In this document: in pieces, positions 1 to 9,460 of the stretch | Layout of the letters: every line of letters begins with the position of its first letter | Numbering within the stretch: position 1 is the stretch's first letter | Assembly (NCBI GenBank): GCA_027365475.1 | Contig: DAHXNI010000012.1 | Coordinates: forward strand, 3,456-67,455 | DNA length: 64,000 bases | Direction: 5' to 3' | Source of the DNA: Pseudomonadota bacterium | Lineage (GTDB): Bacteria; Pseudomonadota; Gammaproteobacteria; JAKAQQ01 | Notes under the pieces: generated by a model | Databases searched by the model: none | Told to the model about the DNA's origin: nothing | What the model saw: only the letters and a program-made list of their open reading frames with translations | Translations under genes and position numbers: made by a program

Positions 1-22
1 ATTGCCGGGACCGTTTTATCGA

Positions 23-796
23 ATGAAGATATTCTCCCTGGGTATGGCATTCCAGTCGATCACCGATGGTGCTTATGTCGGTATCCTCGCCTTGGTCTTC
101 GGACTGATTAGTGCCGGGACCGCGCTTTTCGTGCACCGCTCGCGCCTCGCGATGGCAAGTCTCGTGTTCGTGATGGGCGGCCTTCTGGCCTTCGGAGTCC
201 CATACTACTGGCTGCAAAAAGCCGAATCGGTTCCTCCCATCCATGACATCACGACCGATCCTGCGCATCCGCCCGCGTTCGTCGCACTATTGCCGCGCCT
301 TGCACACATTCCGAATTCTCCGGTCTATGGCGGGGGCAATGCGCGTGCGCGCAAGATCGAGCGCGCATCGGTGATCGGATTTGCGACCCGGGGGGAAGGG
401 CGCAGGAATCCCAAGGCTGCGCTCGTAGTCAAAAACTGCAAAAAGTGGTCGCCCCGCTGCCTTTCGACTGTTCAGTCGGTTTATTATCCGGATATTCATC
501 CTTTGATTTTCAAGGGAAAGCGTCTGGCACAAGTGTATGCTGCCACACTGGCGATCGTGCGCCGCCGGGGCTGGAAAGTGGTTTTTGCAAGCCCAGGTAC
601 CGGCCGCATTGAAGCCGTTGCCCGAACAGGATGGTTTGGGTTCAAGGACGATGTGGCATTGAGGATCCAGGCCGTCTCTTCAGGCACGCGCGTCGATATG
701 CGTTCCGAATCGCGGATCGGTTTGTCCGATATCGGAAGAAATGCGGAGCGGGTTCATCGGTTTCTCCATGCGCTCAAGACGCATCTCGATGGGTGA
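23..796 (+). CDS. DUF1499-like membrane-anchored protein (start uncertain; ORF is open to the window edge at nt 2)
   Basis: ORF 2..796 with the first ATG at 23 (MKIFSLGM). It has two N-terminal hydrophobic segments. The C-terminal block GFKDDVALRI...SRIGLSDIGRNAERV is what I recall as DUF1499-like. The family call is from memory only. Confidence 0.4.
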   Translation: MKIFSLGMAFQSITDGAYVGILALVFGLISAGTALFVHRSRLAMASLVFVMGGLLAFGVPYYWLQKAESVPPIHDITTDPAHPPAFVALLPRLAHIPNSPVYGGGNARARKIERASVIGFATRGEGRRNPKAALVVKNCKKWSPRCLSTVQSVYYPDIHPLIFKGKRLAQVYAATLAIVRRRGWKVVFASPGTGRIEAVARTGWFGFKDDVALRIQAVSSGTRVDMRSESRIGLSDIGRNAERVHRFLHALKTHLDG

Positions 797-864
797 GAAG
801 ACCGGTTGCGTCACTCGTTTGAAGGCTGGTTCACCTCGTGCATGGTTTCTGAGTTCGCCCATCC

Positions 865-1575
865 GTGCATAGCAGGCAGAGCCTGTGGGTCCGTATCGCT
901 GTTCTGGCCGCTGTGGGCTGGGTGGCCGTGCGCCTGGGTCTTGTGCCATGGCTTCAGCTTGACCGTATTCAAGCCGAAATCGGGTACTTTCAGGAATTGG
1001 TCCGGCAGCACGAGATGCTTGCGCTTCTCATTTTGGGTGGGCTGTATTTTCTCACCACCGCGCTCAGTCTGCCCTTTGGCCTCTTCTTGTCGGTTCTACT
1101 CGGGTATCTTTTGGGCCGCTGGGTCGGGACCTCTCTCATCGTTTGTTCAGCGACGGCGGGTGCTCTGGTTCTGTTCATCCTCGCGCGCTGGTTCCTCGGC
1201 CGATGGATCCGGAATAGACTTGAACGGCAGCCTCAGGCCGCATTCATTGCTCGCGGCTTTGAACATCACGCCTTCAACTATCTCCTGCTCTTACGCCTGA
1301 TTCCGCTTTTCCCGTTCTGGCTGGTCAATCTGGTACCGGCTTTAACGGCGATCCGAACGCGTGATTATGTGGCTGCCACGTTTCTGGGTATTCTCCCCGG
1401 CAGTTTCGTATTCGCCAACTTCGGTGCGAGTCTCCGCCATTTCAAACTGGGCGATCCATGGTCAACCGAAACCGTGACCGCCTTGATGCTCATCATTCTG
1501 TTGAGCCTGCTGCCGGTCATCTATCGCCTCTGGAAAAAAAAGCGTCCAGGGATTGGGCCCGAGGTTCCGGGATGA
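865..1575 (+). CDS. TVP38/TMEM64 (DedA-related, SNARE-associated) family membrane protein
   Basis: GTG start at 865. The protein is multi-TM with LRLIPLFPFWLVNLVPALT and ATFLGILPGSFVFA blocks typical of the family. Its stop overlaps the next gene start (ATGA at 1572-1575). Confidence 0.65.
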   Translation: MHSRQSLWVRIAVLAAVGWVAVRLGLVPWLQLDRIQAEIGYFQELVRQHEMLALLILGGLYFLTTALSLPFGLFLSVLLGYLLGRWVGTSLIVCSATAGALVLFILARWFLGRWIRNRLERQPQAAFIARGFEHHAFNYLLLLRLIPLFPFWLVNLVPALTAIRTRDYVAATFLGILPGSFVFANFGASLRHFKLGDPWSTETVTALMLIILLSLLPVIYRLWKKKRPGIGPEVPG

Positions 1576-2330
1576 AAACCTCAACCGATGCAATAGGCGC
1601 TCGAGACGCGGCCGACCCTCCGGTTCCCCTCAGACTTTCCATCATCATTCCAGTGCGTAACGAAGCCCATGCTCTTGCGATCCAGGAAAGCACCCTGCTC
1701 GCACTTCGCAATCGGGGACACGAGGTGATTGTGGTCGATGGAGGCAGCCTGGATAGGAGTGTGGAGATCGCCAGACGTTTTGCGACTCACGTTCTGGTGA
1801 CTCCACCCGGTCGGGCCCGGCAGATGAATGCCGGTGCCGATGTGGCTTCCGGAGCCATTTTGCTTTTTCTCCACGCGGATGTTCTCCTGCCATCGGGTGA
1901 TTTCACAGATTGGCTGCCATCGCCGGAAAGCGGAGGGGCTCCAATCTGGGGATGCTTTCCGGTCCGGCTCGATTCCCCAAAGCGGCTCTACCGCCTGATT
2001 GCAGCAGGGATCAATGTTCGCGCACATGCGACCGGGGTGGTGAGCGGCGATCAGGCACTTTGGGTTCGGCGTGACTGTTTCGAGCGAATGGGCGGATTCG
2101 CGGAAATCCTGCTCATGGAAGACATTGAGCTGTCGAAGCGGCTCAGAAAACAAGGCCCACCCGTATCTTGCCGATCCCCGGTTACCGTATCCGCTCGGCG
2201 CTGGAAACAGGGGCACCCGATCCGTCTCGTGATCCGCATGTGGATACTCCGGATCGCCTATGCTTGTGGGGTCCCACCCCAATACTTGGTGGGTTTTTAC
2301 GACCGCAGCTATCCGCGCGATTGGAGTTGA
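1572..2330 (+). CDS. Family 2 glycosyltransferase, TIGR04283-like (transferase 2 of the rSAM/selenodomain- or arsenosugar-associated pair)
   Basis: The internal ATG at 1572 is coupled to the upstream stop. Motifs seen: LSIIIPVRNEA, EVIVVDGGSLDRS, GRARQMNAGA, LLFLHADVLLP. The longer ORF-track start at 1458 overlaps the previous gene and was rejected. Confidence 0.7.
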   Translation: MKTSTDAIGARDAADPPVPLRLSIIIPVRNEAHALAIQESTLLALRNRGHEVIVVDGGSLDRSVEIARRFATHVLVTPPGRARQMNAGADVASGAILLFLHADVLLPSGDFTDWLPSPESGGAPIWGCFPVRLDSPKRLYRLIAAGINVRAHATGVVSGDQALWVRRDCFERMGGFAEILLMEDIELSKRLRKQGPPVSCRSPVTVSARRWKQGHPIRLVIRMWILRIAYACGVPPQYLVGFYDRSYPRDWS

Positions 2331-2334
2331 GGGC

Positions 2335-3129
2335 ATGGCCATTGAGGTTTGGATCCGGATCGGCTCATTTGTAGGGCTGTTCATTCTTTTTTGTGCATTA
2401 GAGCGGATCTGGCCACGTCGTCCACGACGGACCCGAGGATTTTTCGGTAATCTTCTGCTCGCGCCACTGGGATCGCTCGCTTCCCGGATCCTGATCCCGG
2501 CCGGGCTTGTCCTGTTCGCCGCGAGCTGGAACTGGGGGCTTTTGCATTGGCTGGATCTCGATCCGCTGGCCGCAATTCCTCTGGGTGTGCTTGTGCTCGA
2601 TTTCATCATCTACCTTCAGCACCGGCTGTTTCACAGGATTCCCTGGCTCTGGCGGCTCCACCGTGTCCATCACAGTGATCTTGAACTCGACGTAACCAGT
2701 GGCATCCGGTTCCATCCTGGAGAAATCTTTCTCTCGACACTGGTCAAGCTGGCAGTGATCGCACTGCTCGGTCTGTCCGCTCCGGCCGTGCTTGTCTTTG
2801 AGATTCTGCTCAATGCGACCTCGCTTTTCAACCACAGTAATCTCGTCCTCGGAGCTTCGTGGGATCGGCGTCTGCGTAGAGTGGTCGTGACCCCCGCGAT
2901 GCATGAAATTCACCATTCCGCCTGGCCCGGTGAACTGGATCGGAACTTTGGTTTCAACTTTCCCTGGTGGGATCGCTGGCTCGGGACTTACCGTGTGCGA
3001 TCCAGTGCTCCGACGCCGATTCCGATCGGACTGCCCGGACAGGATGGGCGTTGTCTCGGGTTCTGGCAAATGCTCTGGGATCCCTTCCGGCACTGGCCAG
3101 AGATCAGATCGGAAACCCCGGTGTCATAG
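2335..3129 (+). CDS. Fatty acid hydroxylase / sterol desaturase superfamily membrane protein
   Basis: ATG at 2335, 5 nt after the previous stop. Three histidine boxes are present (HRLFH, HRVHHS, HEIHHS) alongside several TM segments. Confidence 0.75.
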   Translation: MAIEVWIRIGSFVGLFILFCALERIWPRRPRRTRGFFGNLLLAPLGSLASRILIPAGLVLFAASWNWGLLHWLDLDPLAAIPLGVLVLDFIIYLQHRLFHRIPWLWRLHRVHHSDLELDVTSGIRFHPGEIFLSTLVKLAVIALLGLSAPAVLVFEILLNATSLFNHSNLVLGASWDRRLRRVVVTPAMHEIHHSAWPGELDRNFGFNFPWWDRWLGTYRVRSSAPTPIPIGLPGQDGRCLGFWQMLWDPFRHWPEIRSETPVS

Positions 3130-3131
3130 CT

Positions 3132-3782
3132 GTGTGCGCACGTTCCGTGCAGGCATCCATCCCGATTCTGCTTTTTGCCAAGGCACCCGTGCCCGGTTCG
3201 GTCAAAACCCGGCTCATCCCCACGCTCGGTGCGGAGCAGGCAGCTGAGCTGGCCGAAACACTGGCGGAGGAAACCATTCAGGCGGCGCTCGCATCAGGCG
3301 TGGGACCGGTTTCGCTCTGGGGTGCGCCGGACGTATCGCATCCCTTTTTCAGGAGAATGGAAGAGCGCTATGACATCGCTCTTGAAACACAGGAGGGGAC
3401 TGATGTGGGTGTCCGCATGGGTCATGCGCTCGATACGCAACTGCACGATCATCCGGCCGCTATTCTGACGGGAACCGATCTCATGCACCCCACCCCGGAG
3501 CTTTACAGAGGTGCAGCTCGGGCATTGGCATCCGGAGCCCATGCGACACTCGCGCCGAGTGCCGACGGCGGGTATGTTCTGATCGGCTTGAGCCGGATGA
3601 TTCCAACTCTCTTCCGTGGGATAGCGTGGGGAGCTGATGGGGTTTGCGCGGAGACCCTTTGTCGTCTCGAAGCGCTGGGGTGCCCCTTTGTCCTCCTGCC
3701 GCTTCAGCGCGATCTCGATATCCCTGAAGATTATGCTGACTGGGTCACTGTGCACAACTCTGATTTTCTCATGGAGGGCTGA
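3132..3782 (+). CDS. DUF2064 / TIGR04282-like transferase (transferase 1 partner of the GT2 above)
   Basis: GTG at 3132, 3 nt after the previous stop. Motifs seen: ILLFAKAPVPGSVKTRL, ILTGTDLMHP, PSADGGYVLIGL, IAWGADGV. Confidence 0.65.
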   Translation: MCARSVQASIPILLFAKAPVPGSVKTRLIPTLGAEQAAELAETLAEETIQAALASGVGPVSLWGAPDVSHPFFRRMEERYDIALETQEGTDVGVRMGHALDTQLHDHPAAILTGTDLMHPTPELYRGAARALASGAHATLAPSADGGYVLIGLSRMIPTLFRGIAWGADGVCAETLCRLEALGCPFVLLPLQRDLDIPEDYADWVTVHNSDFLMEG

Positions 3783-4118
3783 TATCGGACTGGTGCGATG
3801 TCTGGCAGTCTGTCGGGATTTGAAGTGGGCGCGGAGGATGTCGGCATCGTGCTGGTGGTCACCTGGGATGACGCCGGACTTACAGGTTGCCTCATCGGAA
3901 ACCGCAAGGCCGGTCAGGTCTGTCCTGAAACCGCTCCTACCGAATCAGGGTCTCCATACGTTCCTACTGCCTGAACCCTATACGCGATGAACATTCTCGA
4001 TCCGGCGCAGGTCACACCTCGATTTGGACTTGCTGCACTGTTGAATCCACATCTTGGGGTTGGTGGTTACCCCACCTTGGCGTAAGAAGCGTAAAAAACG
4101 GGGGTTAGAGCGCTAGAA

Positions 4119-4148
4119 TTGACAAGCGCAGGATATTTCGCTTAAAAT
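4119..4148 (+). promoter_or_regulatory. Candidate sigma70 promoter for the Hyf-like operon
   Basis: TTGACA at 4119-4124, a 17/18-nt spacer, then TTAAAAT at 4142-4148. It lies inside the only strongly AT-rich stretch upstream of 4253. Confidence 0.4.
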
Positions 4149-4252
4149 TAAAATAGTAGGTCTTTTTTTCCATTTTTATTTTTTACTCAAGCTGCCATCC
4201 GCGGAATTCGTCTTTTCGTTGGCGTTTGCGAAAAGGTTGATTCTCGGAACGG

Positions 4253-6310
4253 GTGGCCGATCCCAATCTGACGGAAGGAACGGTCTTGACGCTTGCTCTT
4301 GCCTACCTTGCGGTCGCCTCAGCTTTGCTGTCGGCACTGGTCGCGTTGGCAACCGATCGCTACCCCGTCGTATTCAAGATCACTTCTTTCGTGCTGCTTG
4401 GTGCAGCCGGCATCAGCGCGGTGGCTGCGGGCGTCATGAACCTGCTGTCCGGCAAGATCCATACCGCGCAACTGGGTCTGGGTTTGCCTTGGCTCGCCTG
4501 GCATCTGCGTCTTGATCCCTTGTCGGGCTTTTTCATGGCCGTGACGGGGATCGTGGTCTTGGCCGTGGCATTTTACGGTCCCGCATACGTGCGCCAGTAT
4601 CAGCATGGTCCGCAGCCCCTTTCGGTCCTGGGATTCTTTACCGGTCTGTTTGTCGCTGGCATGCTGCTCGTACTCATGGCAGACGATGCTTTCCTGTTCC
4701 TGGTTGCCTGGGAACTGATGTCGCTCTCGAGCTATTTTCTGGTCACTTACCAGCATCAGTATGCGTCCAACCGGAGGGCCGGGTATCTCTATCTTCTGAT
4801 GGCTGAAATCAGTGCGCTGCTCATCCTGTTGGCTTTTGGTGTTCTCGCGCAGTTCAGTCACAGTTTTGCCTTCCATGCCATGCGCCATGCTCAGGTTCCA
4901 CCTTTCTGGGCCACAACGGCCTTTGTGCTGGCGTTCCTCGGTTTTGGTTTGAAGGCGGGTCTGATTCCATTTCATGCATGGCTACCGGAAGCGCATCCCG
5001 TTGCACCCTCGCATATCTCCGCACTCATGAGTGGCCTCATGCTCAAGATCGCCGTGTATGGGCTGATTCGGTTTTCGTATGGCTTGCTCGCCCATATCCG
5101 CTGGGAATGGGGGCTTGTACTGCTACTCATGGGAACAGCCTCAGCTCTTTGGGGGGTGCTCTATGCCCTCATGCAACACGACCTCAAGCGACTGCTGGCG
5201 TACCACTCGGTCGAAAACATCGGGATCATTTTTATGGGGCTCGGCCTCTCCATGATCTTCATCGGCACCGGTCACCCGGTGCTCGGCGTACTGGGCCTGA
5301 TCGCTGCGCTCTACCATACCCTCAATCATGCGCTCTTCAAGAGCCTGCTCTTTCTCGGATCGGGCGCTATTCTCATGCGTACCCACGAAGGCGATCTTGA
5401 GCATATGGGTGGATTGATCCGGCGCATGCCACAGACCGCTTTTCTCTTTCTGATCGGCTGCCTCAGCATTTCTGCCCTGCCCCCGTTCAACGGTTTTGTC
5501 TCCGAGTGGCTGACCTTCCAGTCGGCATTGCAGGTCTCCGTGCTGTCCAACGCCGTGCTGCGTGCCATCATCCCGGTGACAGCAGCGCTGCTGGCATTGA
5601 CCGGCGCGTTGGCTGCCACCTGTTTCGTCAAAGTCTACGGGGTCGCCTTTCTGGGCCGGGCACGCACCCGTCGTATCCGTCACGCTCGTGAAGTGCACTG
5701 GAGCATGCGTCTGGCCATGGGAACGCTGGCCCTCCTGTGCCTTTTGTTTGGAGTCCTGCCGACTGTGACCATCCGCGTATTGGGATCGGTCACGAAGCTG
5801 TTGCTGCATCGGGGGCTGCCAAGTGCCTCAGTTCACGGCTGGCTGTGGCTGACGCCAGTCTCGGCTGGGGTGGCCTCCTACTCCGCTCCGCTGGTTGTGT
5901 TCGGCCTGCTTCTGGCGCTTGGAATCGGCTATGTGCTGCTCCACCCTCGCATGAGTAGTGGTGCGATCCGTCGTGTCTCAGCCTGGGACTGTGGATTTGG
6001 TGCTCTCAGTACGCGCATGCAGTACACGGCAACCGCTTTTTCGATGCCCATCCGCCGTATCTTCAATCCAGTCTGGCTGGTCGACGAATCCACGACGGTT
6101 CACATGGATCCACGGGAGCCGCTCCGGGTTGCTTCAGTCGAGTACCAGCTGCATATCGGTGACCGTTTCTGGCCGATGCTCTACGAACCGGTCAGCCGCT
6201 GGGTGTTGTCTGCCGCACGCTATGTCAGCCGAATCCAGACCGGTCGCGTGCGAACGTATCTGGCATACTCCTTTGTCACCCTGCTGGTTCTGTTGTGGCT
6301 CATCCGCTGA
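4253..6310 (+). CDS. HyfB/NuoL-like antiporter-type membrane subunit of a group-4-hydrogenase-related (Ehr-like) complex
   Basis: 685 aa polytopic protein, GTG start. It carries the WLPEAHPVAPSHISALMSG and HTLNHALFKSLLFL blocks typical of NuoL/HyfB-type subunits. Confidence 0.85.
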   Translation: MADPNLTEGTVLTLALAYLAVASALLSALVALATDRYPVVFKITSFVLLGAAGISAVAAGVMNLLSGKIHTAQLGLGLPWLAWHLRLDPLSGFFMAVTGIVVLAVAFYGPAYVRQYQHGPQPLSVLGFFTGLFVAGMLLVLMADDAFLFLVAWELMSLSSYFLVTYQHQYASNRRAGYLYLLMAEISALLILLAFGVLAQFSHSFAFHAMRHAQVPPFWATTAFVLAFLGFGLKAGLIPFHAWLPEAHPVAPSHISALMSGLMLKIAVYGLIRFSYGLLAHIRWEWGLVLLLMGTASALWGVLYALMQHDLKRLLAYHSVENIGIIFMGLGLSMIFIGTGHPVLGVLGLIAALYHTLNHALFKSLLFLGSGAILMRTHEGDLEHMGGLIRRMPQTAFLFLIGCLSISALPPFNGFVSEWLTFQSALQVSVLSNAVLRAIIPVTAALLALTGALAATCFVKVYGVAFLGRARTRRIRHAREVHWSMRLAMGTLALLCLLFGVLPTVTIRVLGSVTKLLLHRGLPSASVHGWLWLTPVSAGVASYSAPLVVFGLLLALGIGYVLLHPRMSSGAIRRVSAWDCGFGALSTRMQYTATAFSMPIRRIFNPVWLVDESTTVHMDPREPLRVASVEYQLHIGDRFWPMLYEPVSRWVLSAARYVSRIQTGRVRTYLAYSFVTLLVLLWLIR

Positions 6311-7254
6311 TTGCCTGGGCGCTGGCGCTCCTGCAGACGCTGCTGTTTATTGCGAGTGCACCACTTCTGGCGGGTTGGATCAAATGTGTGCGGTGCGTAC
6401 TCCAGAACCGCGCCTCTCCATCTGTGTTGCAGCCTTATCGTGATCTCGGAAAATTGTTTCGCAAAAAAGTGGTCCTGGCAGAGGAGGCGTCCTGGCTGTT
6501 TCGGTCGACGCCTTATATCGTACTGGGCACGATGATACTGGCCGCCGCCGTCATTCCACTAGTGACCGTTCGCCTTCCGACCGACGCCATTGCGGATGTC
6601 ATCGTGCTGGTCGGGTTTCTTGCATTGGGTCGTTTCTTTCTGGCGCTGGCGGGTCTCGATATCGGTACCTCATTTGGGGGCATGGGGTCGTCGCGTGAGA
6701 TGATGGTGGCCTCCCTGGCCGAGCCGGCCATGCTGATGGCCGTCTTTACCCTCTCCATGACGGCATCGAGTACCAACCTCTCGACGGCGATGCACTATCT
6801 GCTTCAAAGCGGGCTCGTACTGAGACCGGCGTTCGTGTTCACGGCGGCCGGTTTGATGATGGTCGCGATTGCGGAAACCGGGCGCTTGCCAGTCGATAAC
6901 CCTGCGACGCATCTTGAGTTGACCATGATTCACGAGGGAATGATCCTCGAATACAGTGGACGTCATCTGGCGCTCATGGAGTGGGCTTCCGAAATCAAGC
7001 TCATGATTTATGCAGTCCTGATTGCGGATATCTTTCTGCCATGGGGTATTGCGACGCGGTTTACAGCGTGGGCACTGGTGATGGGTGTGGTTGCAATTGG
7101 AGCGAAGCTTGCGCTTTTGGTGGTACTGCTTGCCGTCATTGAGAGCGGATTAGCCAAGATGCGATTGTTTCGCGTGCCGGAGTTCCTGAATCTTGCGTTC
7201 CTCCTGTGTCTGCTCGGTCTCCTCAGTCATATCATTCTGGAAGTGGGAATCTGA
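6295..7254 (+). CDS. HyfC/HycD/NuoH-like membrane subunit
   Basis: 319 aa with NuoH-type motifs (GSSREMMVASLAEP, ETGRLPVDNPATHLELTMIHEG). The GTG start overlaps the upstream gene end. Confidence 0.85.
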   Translation: MAHPLIAWALALLQTLLFIASAPLLAGWIKCVRCVLQNRASPSVLQPYRDLGKLFRKKVVLAEEASWLFRSTPYIVLGTMILAAAVIPLVTVRLPTDAIADVIVLVGFLALGRFFLALAGLDIGTSFGGMGSSREMMVASLAEPAMLMAVFTLSMTASSTNLSTAMHYLLQSGLVLRPAFVFTAAGLMMVAIAETGRLPVDNPATHLELTMIHEGMILEYSGRHLALMEWASEIKLMIYAVLIADIFLPWGIATRFTAWALVMGVVAIGAKLALLVVLLAVIESGLAKMRLFRVPEFLNLAFLLCLLGLLSHIILEVGI

Positions 7255-7925
7255 TGGTTGCAGTCGGCCTCTATACGCAGGCGATTCGGATGCTGGCTGC
7301 CCTGGTTTTGTTCACCTCGTTTGCTTTGCTCGCGCAAACGCGCATGGCTGCACTGATCCGTCTGTTTGCCTGGCAGGGCGCACTTCTGGCTGTGACGACC
7401 GCGCTGGTTGCGCTGGTCACCCATCAGCCGCGCCTGTATTTGTCTGCCCTGCTCACACTGGGCCTCAAGGCGCTCCTCATCCCCTGGTTCCTGAACCGGC
7501 TGGTCATTCGCCTGGAATTACAGCATGAAACGGAAGACCTCCGGGGTAACGCAATGGTCTTGCTGGGCGCTGCTGCCTTGACCGTGTTCAGTTACTACGT
7601 CGTGATGCCGATTGTCGAGCTTTCCACCCTGGTTACCCGGAATGTCATCGCCGTCAGCTTGGCGATCGTCCTGCTCGGGATGCTGCTGATCATTGTGCGG
7701 AGGAAAGCCGTCACCCAGGTGGTCGGATTCATGTGCATGGAGAACGGCCTCTTTTTCGCTGCAGTGGTATCCACTTACGGAATGCCGATGGTCGTTGAGC
7801 TGGGAGTCGCTTTCGATGTGCTGGTTGCCTCCATCCTGTTTGGCGTGTTCTTCCTGCATCTCCGCGATAGCATCGATTCGTTGGATGTGGACCGGCTCAA
7901 CCGGCTTCGGGAGGCAGACGAATGA
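7254..7925 (+). CDS. HyfE-like small polytopic membrane subunit (NuoK-related)
   Basis: The ATG at 7254 shares one base with the upstream stop (TGATG). The 223 aa protein is all hydrophobic helices and occupies the HyfE position between the NuoH-like and NuoN/M-like genes. Confidence 0.7.
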   Translation: MVAVGLYTQAIRMLAALVLFTSFALLAQTRMAALIRLFAWQGALLAVTTALVALVTHQPRLYLSALLTLGLKALLIPWFLNRLVIRLELQHETEDLRGNAMVLLGAAALTVFSYYVVMPIVELSTLVTRNVIAVSLAIVLLGMLLIIVRRKAVTQVVGFMCMENGLFFAAVVSTYGMPMVVELGVAFDVLVASILFGVFFLHLRDSIDSLDVDRLNRLREADE

Positions 7926-9397
7926 ATCCGCATGCCGATTCGATCTATCCGGTGCTGCTGATTCCTCTCTTGGGCGCCATCGCGCTCGGCGCCATCGGTC
8001 ATAGCCGTCGCGCCGGCTGGGTCAACATTGCGATCTCTGCCGCAACATTCATGGCATCTCTCAGGCTGGCCCTGGGGGTATGGGAACATGGCCCGCTGCT
8101 CACCACGAGCGGAATGTTCTATATCGACGCATTCAATGTCTACCTCCTGGTGCTGACCACTTTTGTCGGTCTCACGACAGCGATCTTCTCGCGCAACTAC
8201 ATGCTGGATGAAATGAAACAGGGGCGCGTGAACAGCAAGCGACTGCAGCTGTACCATGCCATGTATCAGGGGTTTCTGTTCACTATGCTGCTTGCGCTGG
8301 CGACCAATAATCTCGGTATTCTCTGGGTTGCCATGGAAGGCGCCACTCTCGCTACCGTTCTTCTGGTCAGTCTTTACCGTACACCGGAATCGATTGAGGC
8401 TGCCTGGAAATATTTCATTCTGTGTGGTGTGGGGATTGCCCAGGCGTTGTTTGGTACGGTCTTGCTGTTCTTTGCCGCTGAACGGGTCATTCCTAATCGG
8501 CATCAGGCGCTGCTCTGGAGTGTCCTCTATGCGCATGCGGCCCGCCTGGATCCTGCTGTCATGGGCCTGGCGTTCGTCTTTCTGCTCGTGGGTTATGGCA
8601 CCAAAGTCGGGCTGGTGCCCCTGCACAACTGGCTACCGGATGCCCATTCAGAAGGTCCGACGCCCATATCGGCCGTTCTTTCGGGATTGCTGCTCAATGT
8701 CGCGCTCTACGCTCTGGTTCGCATCAAGATGCTTGCTGATCCGACTCTCGGCGTGCTCCCGGGTGAACTCATGATGGGGTTTGGGATGCTATCGTTCATC
8801 GTGGCCGTGCTGTTTTTGCATCGACAGCGCGATATCAAACGGCTCTACAGTTATTCCTCTATTGAGCACATGGGGCTCATGACATTCGGGTTCGGGATCG
8901 GGGGGGCACTTGCGACTTTTGCCGCGCTTCTGCACATGACGGTCCACTCGCTGACCAAGTCATCCATTTTTGTCACAGCTGGACATGCCGCGCACATTGC
9001 GGGCACCCAGAGCATTGACCGGATCCGGGGACTGATTCGCACCCAACCAGCCGTTGGGTGGGGGCTGCTCATTGGAACGGCAGCCATTGCCGGATTCCCC
9101 CCCTTCGGCATTTTCACCAGTGAGTTCCTGCTCCTTGCAGCTACCATGCAAAGCTGGCCTTGGCTTACCGCACCTCTGCTGATCGGGTTGGTCGTTGCCC
9201 TGGCGGGATTGTTCCGGCAGGTACAGCCCATGGTGTACGGAGAAGCTCTGCCAGGCCAGAGACACGCCCGAACCAGCATGCTGCCGGTTGCTGTGCATCT
9301 GGCACTTGTATTGTGGTTGGGCCTTGCGATTCCCGCTTTTCTGGCGCAATGGTTCAATCACGCCACTTTTCTGATTTCCGGGAGTTCGCTGCTGTGA
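7922..9397 (+). CDS. HyfF/NuoN-M-like antiporter-type membrane subunit
   Basis: ATGA overlap at 7922-7925. 491 aa with the WLPDAHSEGPTPISAVLSG and SSIEHMGLM blocks. Confidence 0.85.
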   Translation: MNPHADSIYPVLLIPLLGAIALGAIGHSRRAGWVNIAISAATFMASLRLALGVWEHGPLLTTSGMFYIDAFNVYLLVLTTFVGLTTAIFSRNYMLDEMKQGRVNSKRLQLYHAMYQGFLFTMLLALATNNLGILWVAMEGATLATVLLVSLYRTPESIEAAWKYFILCGVGIAQALFGTVLLFFAAERVIPNRHQALLWSVLYAHAARLDPAVMGLAFVFLLVGYGTKVGLVPLHNWLPDAHSEGPTPISAVLSGLLLNVALYALVRIKMLADPTLGVLPGELMMGFGMLSFIVAVLFLHRQRDIKRLYSYSSIEHMGLMTFGFGIGGALATFAALLHMTVHSLTKSSIFVTAGHAAHIAGTQSIDRIRGLIRTQPAVGWGLLIGTAAIAGFPPFGIFTSEFLLLAATMQSWPWLTAPLLIGLVVALAGLFRQVQPMVYGEALPGQRHARTSMLPVAVHLALVLWLGLAIPAFLAQWFNHATFLISGSSLL

Positions 9398-9460
9398 TCT
9401 GCGGGAGCGTAGTGTGGTGGGCTCCGGGGAGCAAGACCCCGGTGCGAGTGGTCGTGTCAG

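Noticed and set aside
1581-2609. Long antisense and overlapping ORFs throughout the track. Examples: 1581..2609(-), 14700..15992(-), 19439..21106(-), 24234..25907(-), 25301..26596(-), 35900..38335(-), 45059..46354(+), 53172..54209(+), 55583..57334(+).
   Set aside because: Each lies opposite a gene with unmistakable family motifs. Their products are R/P/G/S/H-rich with no recognisable motifs, which is the expected stop-codon-poor shadow frame in GC-rich DNA.
3798-3974. A 58-aa plus-strand ORF (MSGSLSGFEVGAEDVGIVLVV...) below the track threshold, in the spacer before the Hyf-like operon.
   Set aside because: It has no Shine-Dalgarno sequence and no motif I recognise, and third-position GC falls off in its second half. 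It could be real, but I cannot support it.
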